NCBI RefSeq assembly: GCF_002571385.2
Contig: NW_019218016.1
Coordinates: 178,011-242,010, forward strand
Reading direction: 5' to 3'
DNA: 64,000 bases
DNA from: Stylophora pistillata
Taxonomy: Eukaryota
The translations under genes were made by a program, and so were the position numbers. Of this stretch, positions 25,368-38,535 are shown one piece after another (the stretch's first letter is position 1; each line of letters opens with the position of its first letter). Below the pieces are notes generated by a model, which saw nothing but the letters and a program-made list of their open reading frames with translations, was not told the DNA's origin and did no database searches.

Positions 25368-28300
25368 TTATAACGTAGTCTCAATTTTTTGGCTCAGTTC
25401 TACCAATTCCGTTAATGACTCCTCATCCATTCCGATCAGGGAAGCATCGCCATTGATGTTTTTATGGCCACGATTACTGTCTTCTATTTCCTCATCATCA
25501 TCCTCAGCTTCGTCAAAACTCTCGTCTCTATTGAAGCTGCTTGCCTTGCGTATAGGACACAGAGAGGTCACAGTGATTCTCCGTTTCTTAGTGTGTTTGT
25601 TTCCTTGCTCATTTTTCAACATCTCCAGCCTTTCGTTTACCGAAGAGGCAAAATCAACCGAGCTGATTCTTCGCTGGGGTGGGCCGTCCGGAGAGCTATT
25701 GCGGTAAGCGGCCGGTCCTGTATCACTTCTTCGCTTTATCGCTGGAGAGTGCGTCGGAGAGGTCCTCGGGGACCGAAACATGCAGATGTTGTTTGGTGCA
25801 ACGGATGCCGCGATATCCAGAATGGACGGCTGTTGTTTGGCGTTCTTGCTTCTGATCAGGAAGAAGCATGGGAGGGGGTTGGGGATCTCATTGTTGGGAA
25901 TGAACTCGAATTCAGAGGAACCTTTGAGAAAGCTGCGCAAAAAGAAAAAAAAAAAGCAGTTATAGCTGAGAATTTTGAGTGCACGAGTCCACGACGAATA
26001 TTGTGTCTTCTCAGAAGATTACACAATCAATCAGTGCTTCAGTCAATGAATCAATCAATGAATAAGTCAATTGATCAATCAGAGAGCCGGTTGGTTGGTC
26101 AATGAGTCAGTCAGCCGGCCAGCTAGCTATAGTCAACCCAGTCAGCTACCGAGCTGAAAGTCAGTCGGTCAGTCAGTCGGTCAGTCAGTCAGTCAACCAG
26201 TCAGTAAGCTAGCAAGTAAGTCAGCCAGGCAGTCAGTCAGTCAGTAAGTGATCAGTCAGTCAGTCAATCCCTCAGTCAGTCAGTCAGTCAGTCAGTCAGT
26301 CAGTCATTCAGGCACTTTGTCAGTCAGTCGCTCAGTCAGTCAACCAATCCATCACCCATTCAGTCAGCCGGCTGGTTAGTCCGTCAGGCAGCCAACCAAA
26401 CAACCAGTTTGTCCGTCAATGCATCCGTCAGAGGGTCAATCATTCAGAAATTGCCTTATTTTTAAGTATCGTAAATCTTATAATTCAATAAACAACATGA
26501 TTCCCATTACAGGTTTAATCGTCCCTTTGCTGCTATGTTAGTAAGCTCTTATTGCTACTCACCGTTTAGTCTCGTAGCTGACGTTAATGTATCCTGGTTT
26601 ACTTCCCGATTCCATCTTGTTTGCCAGTGTGACAGTGCTTCCAAACAAACAGTAGCGGGGCATCATTTTGCCAACAACTCCAGCCATAACTGACCCACTG
26701 TGAATTCCGATTCGAATCTGCCAAAGAAATAAACATTCCCAGAGTAATCTTAGTTACCACGATTTGCTGACTGGCATTGCTGCGGGAATGAACACAGGGA
26801 AGGGGGGAGGGGTAGGTAGGGAAGGATACACAGACATTTAGACGCAGTACACCCTCAAACCCTTGTTCGCTCTCCCCCACCTTCCATCGAACTCAATTAC
26901 TTAGTTCTTATTAACCGAGCGGGAGGTCTGTATGGGAAAATCTTGACCAAGGTCGCCAGTACAGACCGAACGCAGTGAGGTCTGTACCAGCGACCGAGGT
27001 CAAGATTCTCCCATACAGACCGACCTAGCTCGGTTAATAAGATGTTTATTGTATGGCTGTGTCTTATATGCCAATTTTTTATATTCTTTGTACCTTTTTT
27101 TTCTAGACCGGTCTAGATGCCGTTCTAGATGGGAGAATCTAGATCGCTTTCACTATTGATTTCAGCCAATCAAATTCGTGAATTCGGTAGTTCCCAGTCC
27201 TTGTGAGACACAGCCATACAATAATGACTTTTAACACTGGTTATGTAACCTATGACAGGCTCCTAGTCGGTAGAAACCAGTAAAAAAGAAAGGTAGTGGG
27301 GTCGCCTTTTCAAATTTTTTTCCATCCCACCCTTTCCTGTCACTTTCCATTACCCATGCGTACTTGTTCTACACTCATTTCGCGCTCTTTAAAATGCGAG
27401 ATGGTGTAATGGTGTCTCTTCTTTTCTCGGGACCGCTCAAGAAACCAAAGATCTGTCCCTTGAATTATCGTATGTGTGTTTAGAGCAATTCACATCTAGT
27501 ACCTTAAGAGGAGATTTGTCAACAGGCGACAAAACCTTTCGAGAAGCTTCCATCATCGAGCATGCCATGTGGGCCACCCTCTCTGCATGATTATCACATG
27601 GCTTTGGTAGACCCCCGACAACCATGTAAGCGTCGCCAATTGTCTCCACCTATGTGATGTGAAGAAGAAAGTAGGAGAATGAATACATAACAACTCTTGC
27701 TTTGATAACTGCTAAGAGAAGGAAGCTGAAAGAAAAAGCACATTCAAACCCTAATCTTATACATTTCTGGAGGGAAACAACGTTCCTAAGAAAACGATCT
27801 TCTTTGAGCGATCTCTCAAAAAATCTAATGCACAGAACGAAACCAAAATAAAAAACAATACTAAACACGAAAGTACGAAAAAATAAAAAAAACCGGTTGA
27901 AATTCGTTATGATATATACAGCAAAGTGTACGAAGGGAACAGTCCTTATTCCCAACACCTGTGTGGAAAAGAAAAATTGAAATAAATGCTGTTTCAAAGA
28001 CAATGTTTTTAAACGTTTTTAGTCCAAACATCGATCATCCATGGAGAAAGAACCGCTTTGTTGCTTTTTAAGTCAAAATGAATTATTTAAATTTGGTTGG
28101 TATTATAACAGTGACTGGATAAAAGCAAAATTCAATTCTAGTTTCGGCTGATCCTAAGGGTAAAAAAAAAATTCAAAATTAATCTTGAAAGGATATTAGG
28201 GAAGGGGCGGTAGATTACGAAGATAAATTTTAAATGTTTATCCAATTTTCCTTGTCCTTTTTTTGCCAAACTAAATATAGCTGAGTTAAGCAGTTTTCTT

Positions 28301-31300
28301 TTTTCCTTTTGGTTTACAGACGAAACAATGAAACACGCCAGAAACTTCAAGACATAAATTGTAAATAAGGCACTTTCTTGATAAAAAAACGCCATTTTCA
28401 CGAAACACTTTTAAGCGATTTTGACTATAGAAGATAGATAGAAAGTGAGATGCTGTAAGATTATGTAAGTCAATTTGTAGTTTAAATAGTGTTTCGTCAT
28501 TCTTCTTTACTCAAAGTGTGAGTAACGATCAATTTTCGTTCGAAAGCTACGGAAAGAATCCTAGCAATCAACGAATGCAAATTCACTCCAAAACACCGCA
28601 TCTCATGATGAGATGACTTTGATAAAAAGCGGCTATGAACCTAAAGAGGTCCGAAATGATGACTTTATTGGATCAGATAAATGATACAGTTAATTCTAAA
28701 TACGGATTTTGTATCTTGCAAAAATCCTTCTTCTCAGAGTGTTATAATTACTGAGGTTAATTTAAATCTCTCAGAACTCCTTTTCTTCTCTCTTAACAGC
28801 TTGCAGCCAACTTTCGATGTTTCCGTAAAAACCACAATGATAAGATGTTCAAATAAAGAATTACCTATAAACACATAAAAATTGCTCGAGGACAGCAGGT
28901 AATCTGTTTTTTAAAATTAAAAATAGCACCAAAACGCAGAAACACGCGAGGGAGAATCTGTTCATCTATCTATGTTATTTTTGTTTTTTCGTTTCTCTTT
29001 AGAAAACTTGAATCTTTCTCCTTGGATTATTCCCAAGCGTTTTATACTCCATGCGAGAACATTTCAACTATGGATTCACTTCAAACTCCTTAAGAAATAC
29101 CCTGTCACTTCGCTTATGAATAATCTATAAATTTTGTCAGTTCATGCAAAATTCATAATTTAAACTGCAAACTAAAAATAAACAGAAAAAACTGCTTGAG
29201 ACTGAACCCCTTTTTTTCTTTGACACTCCCACAAATTGAAATTAAAAAATGAGAAGTTTTCTGATAGGCGTGAAAACTTCGCACATATTAGCAAAAAAAT
29301 GATAAATCTATCAAGGAGACAATTCGCAGATTCGACAAAACTTGACAATGTCTGCGGTGATAATATTGATCTCAAACATTATTTCGATAAAGATGGAAAA
29401 CACATTATTTTTCATTACCGCTAACCATGATTAGACTATCATACACAGAAATAGCGTTATTAATTTGAAGGGTAAAAATATTATTCCTTCGACGATAGTC
29501 AAAATAACTGATGACAAAAAAGTTATTTTGGAGTTTTTAGTGTAAATTTTGTAGACATTAAAAACCTGATGATAAGTTACTACTTTATTGAAAAAAAAAA
29601 CCCACAAAAACAAAGGTTGGCATTTGGAGGGCAATAAGGTAACTTTTTAACACTCGATCTCCAGTGTAGCGTTTCCACTAGCCTCTAGAAATTTCGTAAG
29701 TGGAAAATCTGAAACATTTCCTCGTATTTACGTATTGCTATTCAAAACGTTCTCCGGCAAATTCCGCATGAGCATGCTTCGTTATGTTTTTCAACTTAAG
29801 CCTTTAATTTTTCTGCTTTCCTCTTAGAAGCAAATAAACAATTTTGTTATGGTGGAAATATCCGGGGTCGAAATTGCAAAAGAAGTCCAATCGAAAAAAT
29901 CATTTTTTCGGCCGTTGCAAACTAAGCTAAGAGCCACTACAACCTTTATCAAAATATACGTTTACTGTGAAGATGAAATATGTTGCGTGGGGTCATATCC
30001 GAAGATAGATGATAAATAAAACCCGTTCATTCAGGAAGTCTCAAAAGCGTTTCAAAGAAGTGAGACTGTCAGAGAATTCAAATATCAGGGGAGGTGATAT
30101 TTACATAAAAAGTTTGAACACAAAATAGAAATGATGAGAGATTGAAAATTGTGTCGATGAAAATGAATTCCGCGGTAAACCTTTCAATATGAATTATTGA
30201 TACTAAAGCGAAAAGAAATAAAAATTAAGATTTTTATCGATAAAATTCAGATAATGAAGGAACAAAAGTGACAGATTTGTGCTGTTGAAGCGTCCATAGA
30301 AATGCGCGAACAATGAAAACAGTCGGTTGTTTGAAGAAGTTATAGAATTTGAAAGAAATATTATCTTCGTGTCCTCGTGACAGTTATATGCGAGGCGTGA
30401 GATTCATCGAGATCAGAGTTGTCATCGCTAATAAAATATAAGCCCGCTAAAGGAGATGAACCGAGTTCGAAGGGTTATTTTAAACAGCAAAGCCACCAAC
30501 GGTGAAAAAAGACGCAGGCTTAGTGTTCCAGCGTTTTGGTAAACACTTGTCAATCACAAACAACCTTCTCTCCCACAAACACAAAAGCAGATTTAAAAGG
30601 AAAAAAATAAGGTTATTATTCTTACCTTGTAAACATCGTTCATCCCACTCAACATGTCAAAGTAGGTGTAAAGCTTGTTCAGCATCCGAACGATGTCCAT
30701 GGGAACAATTTTGTCGTCGGAACATAGCGCTGTAAACCCGACGATGTCGCTGAAAAGTATAGTAACCAGCTTGTAGTTTTCCGCGGGCACCGGTTGATTT
30801 AACCGCAGTTTAGCCGCGACTTCTTGGGGCAGAATAGAATGCAGCAATTCGTCTGTGCGTTTTTTGTTTTCCGTGAGCTTTACCTCCAGTTTCTTCAGGT
30901 CGTTGCTAGTTTCCTCTAACTTTTCCACCAATTCTCGCTCGGCTCTTCTTGCCTGTGACATGAAAATGAGGTCACGCGTTGCATCGTGAACTGGTATATC
31001 ATTGAAAAAAATACCCAGGTTCTTAAAATTGTCTAAGTCGTTTGCCCGAGGGGAGCACAAAAATAGAATGCTGTCGTTCGTTGGAACATAAATCATCTGA
31101 CCCTTGAGGCGTAGTAATGGATTTGTAAGGATCATTCTCTGATCTTCTCGACCGTCTGACTCGTTGGACATTGTATCCGCCGCAAATCGCAGCGCGGACT
31201 GTTTTACTGTCACAATAAAAACTGTATTTATGTGCGCAAGAACAGAATCAAACGAAAATTCCATACGCGGTCTTGACAGTTCGAAAATTTCCGTGAACGA

Positions 31301-32500
31301 GAAGGCACTGCCGGTTGTAAACCGTTTGCTCAGAAGGCGCATCATGGCAACCCCAGTTTGCGTGATGTTAAGTTTATGATCGAACATCACGTGAAATGGG
31401 AAAGCTTTGCAGAATGACAACAAACTGAGCCCTCCTCGCCGCTTCTTGTCCATGTTTTCGCCATCCGAGGACAGCTCCGCACTGTGATTATCTACCATGG
31501 TTTCTAAATCAAACGCCTGTAGCCCAAGTTTTGATTGCGTTGCATTTTTGCAGCCTGTCTCTCTGATTGCAAATATGACATGTCCGCGATCGTCGGATCG
31601 CGCTTGCTGCACACACACTTCCACCTCGGTGTCAAGCATTTTATTCGCTACTGCTTTAACGACTCCGATAACGATGTGTTCCAAACCTTGTCTCCGTGAG
31701 TAATAGTGTAGGAGCAGTGTTCCATCAGGAGTCTCGGTACAGCGAAAAGACGGTGCTTCCATACCTGGGTAAATCGTAGCGAGATGATCATGGAGCGCGT
31801 CCAAGTTACATAAAAAATCTCTCAGATTCCTCCCCAGCACTTTCAGAATCCGATCATAGCCGGTCTGCAGACAGTAATCCAGAAAATGTGAGCCAAAAGC
31901 TTCCAAAACAGCGTTCAGGGGTAAAGCTGAAACAAGTCAACGAAGCAAATTTTAACTTTTTTTATTTTAAAATATCTCGCGCGATAGAATTACATTTGCG
32001 ATAACCTTAGTTAAGACTGGAAAGAATGTTCTTAAATAGGATTTACGATATATATCAGCCCATAAGACCTCTGTCTATAGAAAAACATTTTTGTAATAAA
32101 TAAAATACAAGCTGAACAGTTCACTATATTGCATACCCAGAGTCTCGCAAGCCGCAGCGACCAAACTCAGAGTTTCTTCATCATCATAAATTTTGTGAAT
32201 TAGGTATGATCCGCCGTCTAATTCCACCCCAGCCTTCTCGCTGAAAGAAGAAACAGAAAGAACATAATTGCACTGCAGAGCGGCCTCTTTCACTTGCAAC
32301 CCATTTAGGCGTTTCAAAAACTATTAATGTCTTCTTACACGATAGATCGCCATACGTCTTCGCCAAACTTAGAAACCACCAAGTCCGCCAGAGCGCAATG
32401 AATGAATCCATACTGTGAGCGAAACAAAGATGCGTTTAGTAACACGCAACACAGATAACTTAAGCGATCTTTGAAAGCGGGAGCAAGGAAATCTTACCAT
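25368..32500 (-). CDS. Soluble guanylate cyclase with alpha-type catalytic domain and intact beta-like H-NOX, ~782 aa
   Basis: Exons 32500-32498 (ATG only), 32412-32339 ([12 protein letters not shown]), 32240-32137, 31926-30626, 27649-27503 (VETIGDAY), 26717-26563 ([18 protein letters not shown]), 25932-25368 (ends KIETTL*). Total 2349 nt, in frame. [12 protein letters not shown] and VTLANK are alpha signatures; no MKGK motif. Confidence 0.9.
26030..26450. repeat. (CAGT)n/(CAAT)n degenerate microsatellite
   Basis: Long runs of GTCA repeats. Confidence 0.9.
26908..27223. repeat. Double palindromic interspersed element in an sGC-alpha intron
   Basis: Hairpin 26908-27040 (TTATTAACCGAGC...GCTCGGTTAATAA), then a second inverted pair TTATTGTATGGCTGTGTCT / AGACACAGCCATACAATAA (27046-27223). 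Confidence 0.8.
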
Positions 32501-35500
32501 ATTTTTGTTGCGCTTCACAAGTTCAGCCCCTCTGTGTCAAACTTTCGGCGCTCTCTTAATGATTTCCTTGATTGTTTTAGGTGTTAGTCACGTGTCATTG
32601 TATCTCCCACGGCATCTAGGCTGTAATTACTGATAGCTCAGGCCATCCAATCACCTTGAAGTGCCTTTGTCAATAAGGCACCTTAGCCTCGTATCTGCAA
32701 AGCAACCGGCTTGTCAGAATTCACTGCGACTAATTGCGCGTCTAAAGCCTAAAACATCTGATATTGCATTTACGTTCGCAAAAGTATCAACAAGGCTTAG
32801 TAAAAACTTCATACAATAGATAAGTTTTAATTCGCATGACACATAACAAAGTTTAGGACGGAAATTCTGATTTATTCATCCAATTTTCCACGCATTCTCC
32901 GCATTCAGTGTCCGAAGTAAACAAACAATTCGCTCTGCAATACGTAAGGTGTCGAAGTCTTATCGCGTAGAATATGTTTCCTGTGTGCTTTCATTTCAGC
33001 AATCACGATTTTGTTTTCCTTCACTTTCTGTTGCGATTATTCAGAAACGACGAGTTGACGTCAGCGATCGCTAACACTGTTTCATCGAGCGTAGGTCAAT
33101 TACGGATTTAAACCCTCGAGGCAACACAAAAATGCGACGCTACGATGAAGGACTTTATTGCCATATCTTTGTATTGTGATAGAAAACGTCTCGTGAACAA
33201 ACACCACGATAGTTTATTATGTGCAAAGTACAATCTTGTACATACCAATTCTGAAGGTTCAAAATCCAGTTGCTCATAAAATAAAACAATGTGATGTTTA
33301 TGAAAGCATCCCGTAGAGACAATGAAATCCTCGAATATCAAATGCCCTTGAGCAGGTAGCGTCTTAGTAAAAAGCGACCACACGTGTTTTGGCTTAACTG
33401 CCCATAAACCAAAATAAGGGAACCGAAAAGCCATTAATATAATTATTTGCCATACGAGTGTCATTTCTTCGCCCGCTCACGTCTATAATGCATAGATGCG
33501 TAATAAACTTGGCGACCTCTTAGTGAAAAAAAATTAATAGGTTGCCCTCATTTTGACTTTAGATGAAAATATTCGAAAGGTGTCTGCGGTTATCATGACT
33601 ATATGCGTTTTAAATTCGCGTCGCTAGCTGGTGATCTATGTAGTTTAGAGGACACTAAGAAGATCTGTCATAAAATAAAGCAAATTGAATACCCCACTTT
33701 TACCGAGACGTTGATATCTTTTCAATCTGTTTCTGCTTTCAATAAACACTCCTCGACGACCTTGTATGTCAAAACAGTAATGATGTATAACCTTAGTTCA
33801 GTAGCTTTATTCCAGGTCTCCCGACGAACCAGTTCACAGACGGACGCACTTTGCCTTGATGTAGAAATGACTTAGGCAAAGGGGCCGACATGAAACAACG
33901 CTTTCCAGGCGTTTTTATTTTTGTAAACTACGGAAGTGCAATTAACGCATGAATGGGCTCACCTTTTGAGAGCTTCAAATAAATTCTGTTTGATTTGGTC
34001 CGCGCATACACAACACAACCTTCGCAGTACAAGTCAGAAAGATGAAAGGGATGTAGATTATAATCCTGGACAATCGTAGTCTTGTCGTAGTTCCTTTAAT
34101 TCAAGTGAATATGACCTAAGCAGAAGCGCACGCAGTTGCTAGGTAGCGGTGCACAGAGAGGTTCTTAATTTGAATATATTACTTTTAGGCTAAAAGGATG
34201 TAAATTTTCAGCGGAAAAAAAACCAAAACAAAACAAAAACCGACACGTTACGCTTAAAAAAAAAATGTAGGAATTGTTTTTATTTTGTTTTGTAGCTTTC
34301 CTTTTACATAGTTCATTTTAAAATATTGGTAATCGTTTTTGTAACGGTCTTCAAAATTCACGGAAAACTGTCAGAAATTGAATTTCAATACTATCGATTT
34401 TAGAACAACAGATTCTCCATTTAGCGTACATTTGGAATCCAAGCGTCAAAAAGGTTTAACAAAGACGTCCATTGGACAATGGAAAATAATATTAGCACCA
34501 TAGAATATTGTCTCCTCTATTAACTATGAGGTAATGAATCAAATTTCGTAGAGAATATACCAACATTACAGATTGCATCTAATATTTACAAAGATCCTGT
34601 GCCACAAATCTGAAACATGAAAGCAATTTTAAAATCCATTACGTGAAAGAGCTTTTGGTACAATACATATGTGATTTCATTGGCTGCCAGTACGTTGCAT
34701 AGACCCTTCTATGTTAAGTCTCGGTGTACTAAGAAAGCACTATATATTCAAGGCTATAGATTAAAAATCAAAACACATGTGAAGAGCAGAATGTCAAAGA
34801 AAATGTTTTTATGTAATTAAAAAAAAGTGGAACTCACTAGTGGCTAGAAAAATAACAACATTATCAGCCAAAATTTCTTTCAGCGTGATTCATACATAAT
34901 ATTCAATTAAAAAGTACGATTCTTAACCAGGAACTCAGCATCTTCTGTATTCAATTCACAAACCTCCCTAATGAATTAACTGAAACCATCAAAAGTAATC
35001 TCAATTTAACCTTTTTTCTCAGAAATCAGATACTGTAATTTTTTTTCTCAAATGCTCGAGCACTTAGTCGAAAGAAGCATCTACCTTGACCAATTGCCTG
35101 GTGTAGAACCTTCGGACTCAAAATTTAGCTCTGAAAAAACTTAAAAAGCAGCTCTCGAGTTTTCCCCCAAGAAATTCACGGGGCGATCAAATTCGCCTTA
35201 AGGCTAAAAATTTCATTTTCTAATTATGTGAAACAATTTTCTGGCTTTAGAAGCAGTAAAAAGTGTCATTCGGATCTGAAAACCCGTGGTTTTGGATCGC
35301 AACCAACGCTCCAAGTGTTCCCATTGAAACAATTTTTTTTGTTTTGCGTTTATCTAGTTTACCTCCCGGGATGTGGTCTTCAGATTGAGTTGTGTCTGTG
35401 AAGAGAGATTTGTATCTGCAACAGTCCATGAAAATAAGTATTACCACTTTGATTTTTCCATACAGTAGCTCAGTACCTTCTCAGTGATTGTTCAGCTCGA

Positions 35501-35689
35501 TCCACGATAGCAGATTTTCTCGCAACGATCTTCGTTTTCTTCAAAGGTTGTAGTGTTCACATGGAGCTGGAACCTCGCTGGATTTGACAAAGCACACACA
35601 ATTATTGAATACTTTTATTCTAACGTTCTCAACTTCCCAATTTTAGCAAATTTTACGCGATTTCGTTGCTGTAGATTATATGCATACAA

Positions 35690-35960
35690 ATGCACTAAGC
35701 TTCGCATATGAGCACAAGGTCCACTTATTTATTCGTGATGTCTTAAAGAGCAGCGTAATTCCAATAGGAGAAATAGCTGATTATTACTACAGAGTTGAAT
35801 TTCAGCAAAGAGGTAGCCCACATATCCATAGTTTATTTTGGGTAAAAGAAGCCCCACAGTATGGAAAAAATTCTAATGAAGAAATTTTGAACTTTGTTAA
35901 AAAATATATCACTTGCCAGAAATCAGATAGCTCCAGCGAGATGGAAGAGCTAATAATATT
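35690..35960 (+). mobile_element. Helitron Rep (HUH endonuclease) fragment
   Basis: YYYRVEFQQRGSPHIHSLFWV is the Helitron Rep HUH motif region; no flanking helicase. Confidence 0.85.
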
Positions 35961-37944
35961 TGAAATTCTCAGATGTATCCAGCTAATTAGGTCAAAACCT
36001 TTTATGAAATTAATACGTACTTCTTTCAACGAACGCCATGGTTTCCATCGCTTTCACATTTGCAGACGCCTATCGCATTTCTTGATACGAAATTTATTCA
36101 ATTAAACGTCTTCTGTTGATAAATACGTTTCATTTCAGGCCGCAATTCCATCAATCGAGCGAGTGACTGGCCACTGTAGCAAGCTTAATCGTCTCCGCCT
36201 GTTCCTTTTCGATAAGTTTAAGCCAAACTTGGGCTCACGCTGAATATCAATGTGTGGGCATGACATTACATCTCGACAAAGAAGATGATACGGTATTTTC
36301 TAGATAAACATGTCATGTTGGCTTAAATGTATTAGTCGTTGAAATAATAATATAACATATAGACACTATCGGACGATACCAAAATTCTCTTCCATATGTT
36401 TCTGCTATACCAATCCTTCCACAAGAAGAGCACATTCAGAAAGTCTAAGAAAGAAACTCACCACAACATCCTTGAGGAAGACTTTTTGCCGGAAAAACAG
36501 AGTTTCTGCTTCCGTGAGTTCCCTTTAGGCAACACAAAAGTAAATTTCCATATGTAATGCTGTGTCGATGTAAAATGGGAAAATTATAATAGTGAGCTGA
36601 AATGTTTAAAATTCACAGTCCTTTGTAATATGTCGACGCAAAAGGCAATATCTTTTCTTAGTATTGTATGCGGCATTGATAAAAATATTTTCTTAATTGT
36701 TTCCAACTGGACATTCGCGCTCGCTACCTCACGGAGAAAATTCTAGATTTTTCTAACAGGTTATTAGATTTTTATTGATCTATTTACTACCCATGCCAAC
36801 CATCCACAAAGCTATTTCATGAACCAGACTAATTCAAACACATACTTAAAATGCTAATGAACTTCATCTCTGAATGTTTATTTGAAAGAGCACTTCTATG
36901 TTTTGACTATATGGGCGATTGGTAATATTTCAAATTGTTTTTTTTTATTTTTATTTTTTTTATTTTTTATCTTTTCAAGGAATGAGAATCTTCGCTCAGA
37001 CGTCAAAGTGACATTTTAAGAGATCTGACAAAGCCGGCATACCTTTACTAATCAAATTAGTCCAGAAAAACAAACTCTATCTCATCGAGAACAATATTTT
37101 TTTTTCGACACGGAGGAAGGAAGAAAGTATCGATAATTTTAAACGAACCCCTTAAGGAAGCAGAGCATTATTTCGTGATCGTATCTCAATAAACAAACGC
37201 CCCTTCTTCATGTGTTATGCTCATCCCTTCTACGTACCTTAATAGCTCCCGGAGGGGTCACTTCCCACGAAGTGATTTTAACCACTCCCTTTACATCATC
37301 AGCCTTCAAATCATCGCTTAGTTATTCTGGGACGTTCCTTTCTCCATTACAGTGAATTCCTCATAAGAAAGTAGTATTAAAGCGATTCATACCCGGAATT
37401 TATAAGATACCGCAAACTAATTTGAAGCCACTAGAAACCTTGTTAACCTTCGACTCTAGCAAAAGCATTTCTAATTTTGGGAAGTACTTGAGAAAAACAT
37501 GATGCGCCATTAAGTGCTCTCCAAATGAACAGGATTCTTTGATTAAGATACCCGTCAACGCATTCTCCCCAGTATATCGTGACGACAAGATGGGGGTAGT
37601 CTTTGGTAAAAATATCAACATTCAGTGATATCATTGCGAACCACAGAGGCTTAGTTAAATTTGGAAATCCTGCCAACCGTCTCTGTGGCTGGCCTTCGCT
37701 CAGGGGAGACTGGAACTGAAACAGGCTTGAGACACCCAAAAGAAAAAATGTGTGATAGATGAAAAAAAAAAATACTTAACTTAGAAATGCGTTAATTGCT
37801 TTAAGCTTCAGTACGTAAAGTACCATAACCCGAGTGTTAAAATTTATTACATCCCATAGTGCTGGCAAGGCGAAACAATCTGTTAGTCATTGCTTTACAA
37901 ACAGAAATAATGGTCCCATTACTTTCTCTTTCTTTACATGATTA

Positions 37945-38535
37945 GTATAAGCTTATCCTGCAATGGATCTTCCTTGACAAAATCCGAGTCTTTCAAATAT
38001 CTTGGCGTTGTAATTGATCAGCACTTGAGTTTTAACAACCATATTGAGCACGTGGTCAATAAGGTCTCAGTCAAGGAAATTGGTTTTTTTTAGGCGTTTG
38101 AGAATTTCTATTCCCATGGCTGCTGCTGAACGCCTTTATAAGACGATGATTTTACATGTTTTTGATTACTGAGATGTGGCCTGTCACGGCTGTAGTAAAG
38201 TTAATTCTGATGTACTAGAAAGCTTACAACATAGAGCTGCAAAGTTAATTTTTCCAAATTCTGGTCTCGATACTAAAGAGCTGAATGCTACTTTGGGTCT
38301 AGTACCCTTGATTAATAGACGAAAACTTCAAATTGTCTTGTTAGCTAGAAAATGCCTTGACGACTCAGTACCGCCTTATCTGAATAACTATTGAATTTAA
38401 ATACTTCTGTACACACATTTGCGACCAGACGCTGTAATGACATTCATCTTCCAAAAGTCGACCTTGAGGTCGCCAAGAAATCTTTTTATTTTACAGGCGC
38501 GATGGAATTTAACAGTCTCCCTTGCCATATTAAAG
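37945..38535 (+). mobile_element. Degenerate CR1/L2-type LINE ORF2 C-terminal fragment
   Basis: FKYLGVVIDQHLSFNNHIEHVVNKV...LESLQHRAAKLI...SFYFTGAMEFNSLP, with stops and frameshifts. It ends at an assembly gap (N 38536-38556) followed by (TTA)n. Confidence 0.85.

Noticed and set aside
25464-26105. 213-aa plus-strand ORF
   Set aside because: Antisense shadow of the last sGC-alpha exon running into a microsatellite; no recognisable protein.
25368-32500. Calling this gene an O2-sensing atypical sGC (Gyc-88E/89D) or beta2
   Set aside because: It lacks the distal Tyr/Gln and the N..R catalytic residues needed for homodimer activity; the cyclase motifs are alpha-type.
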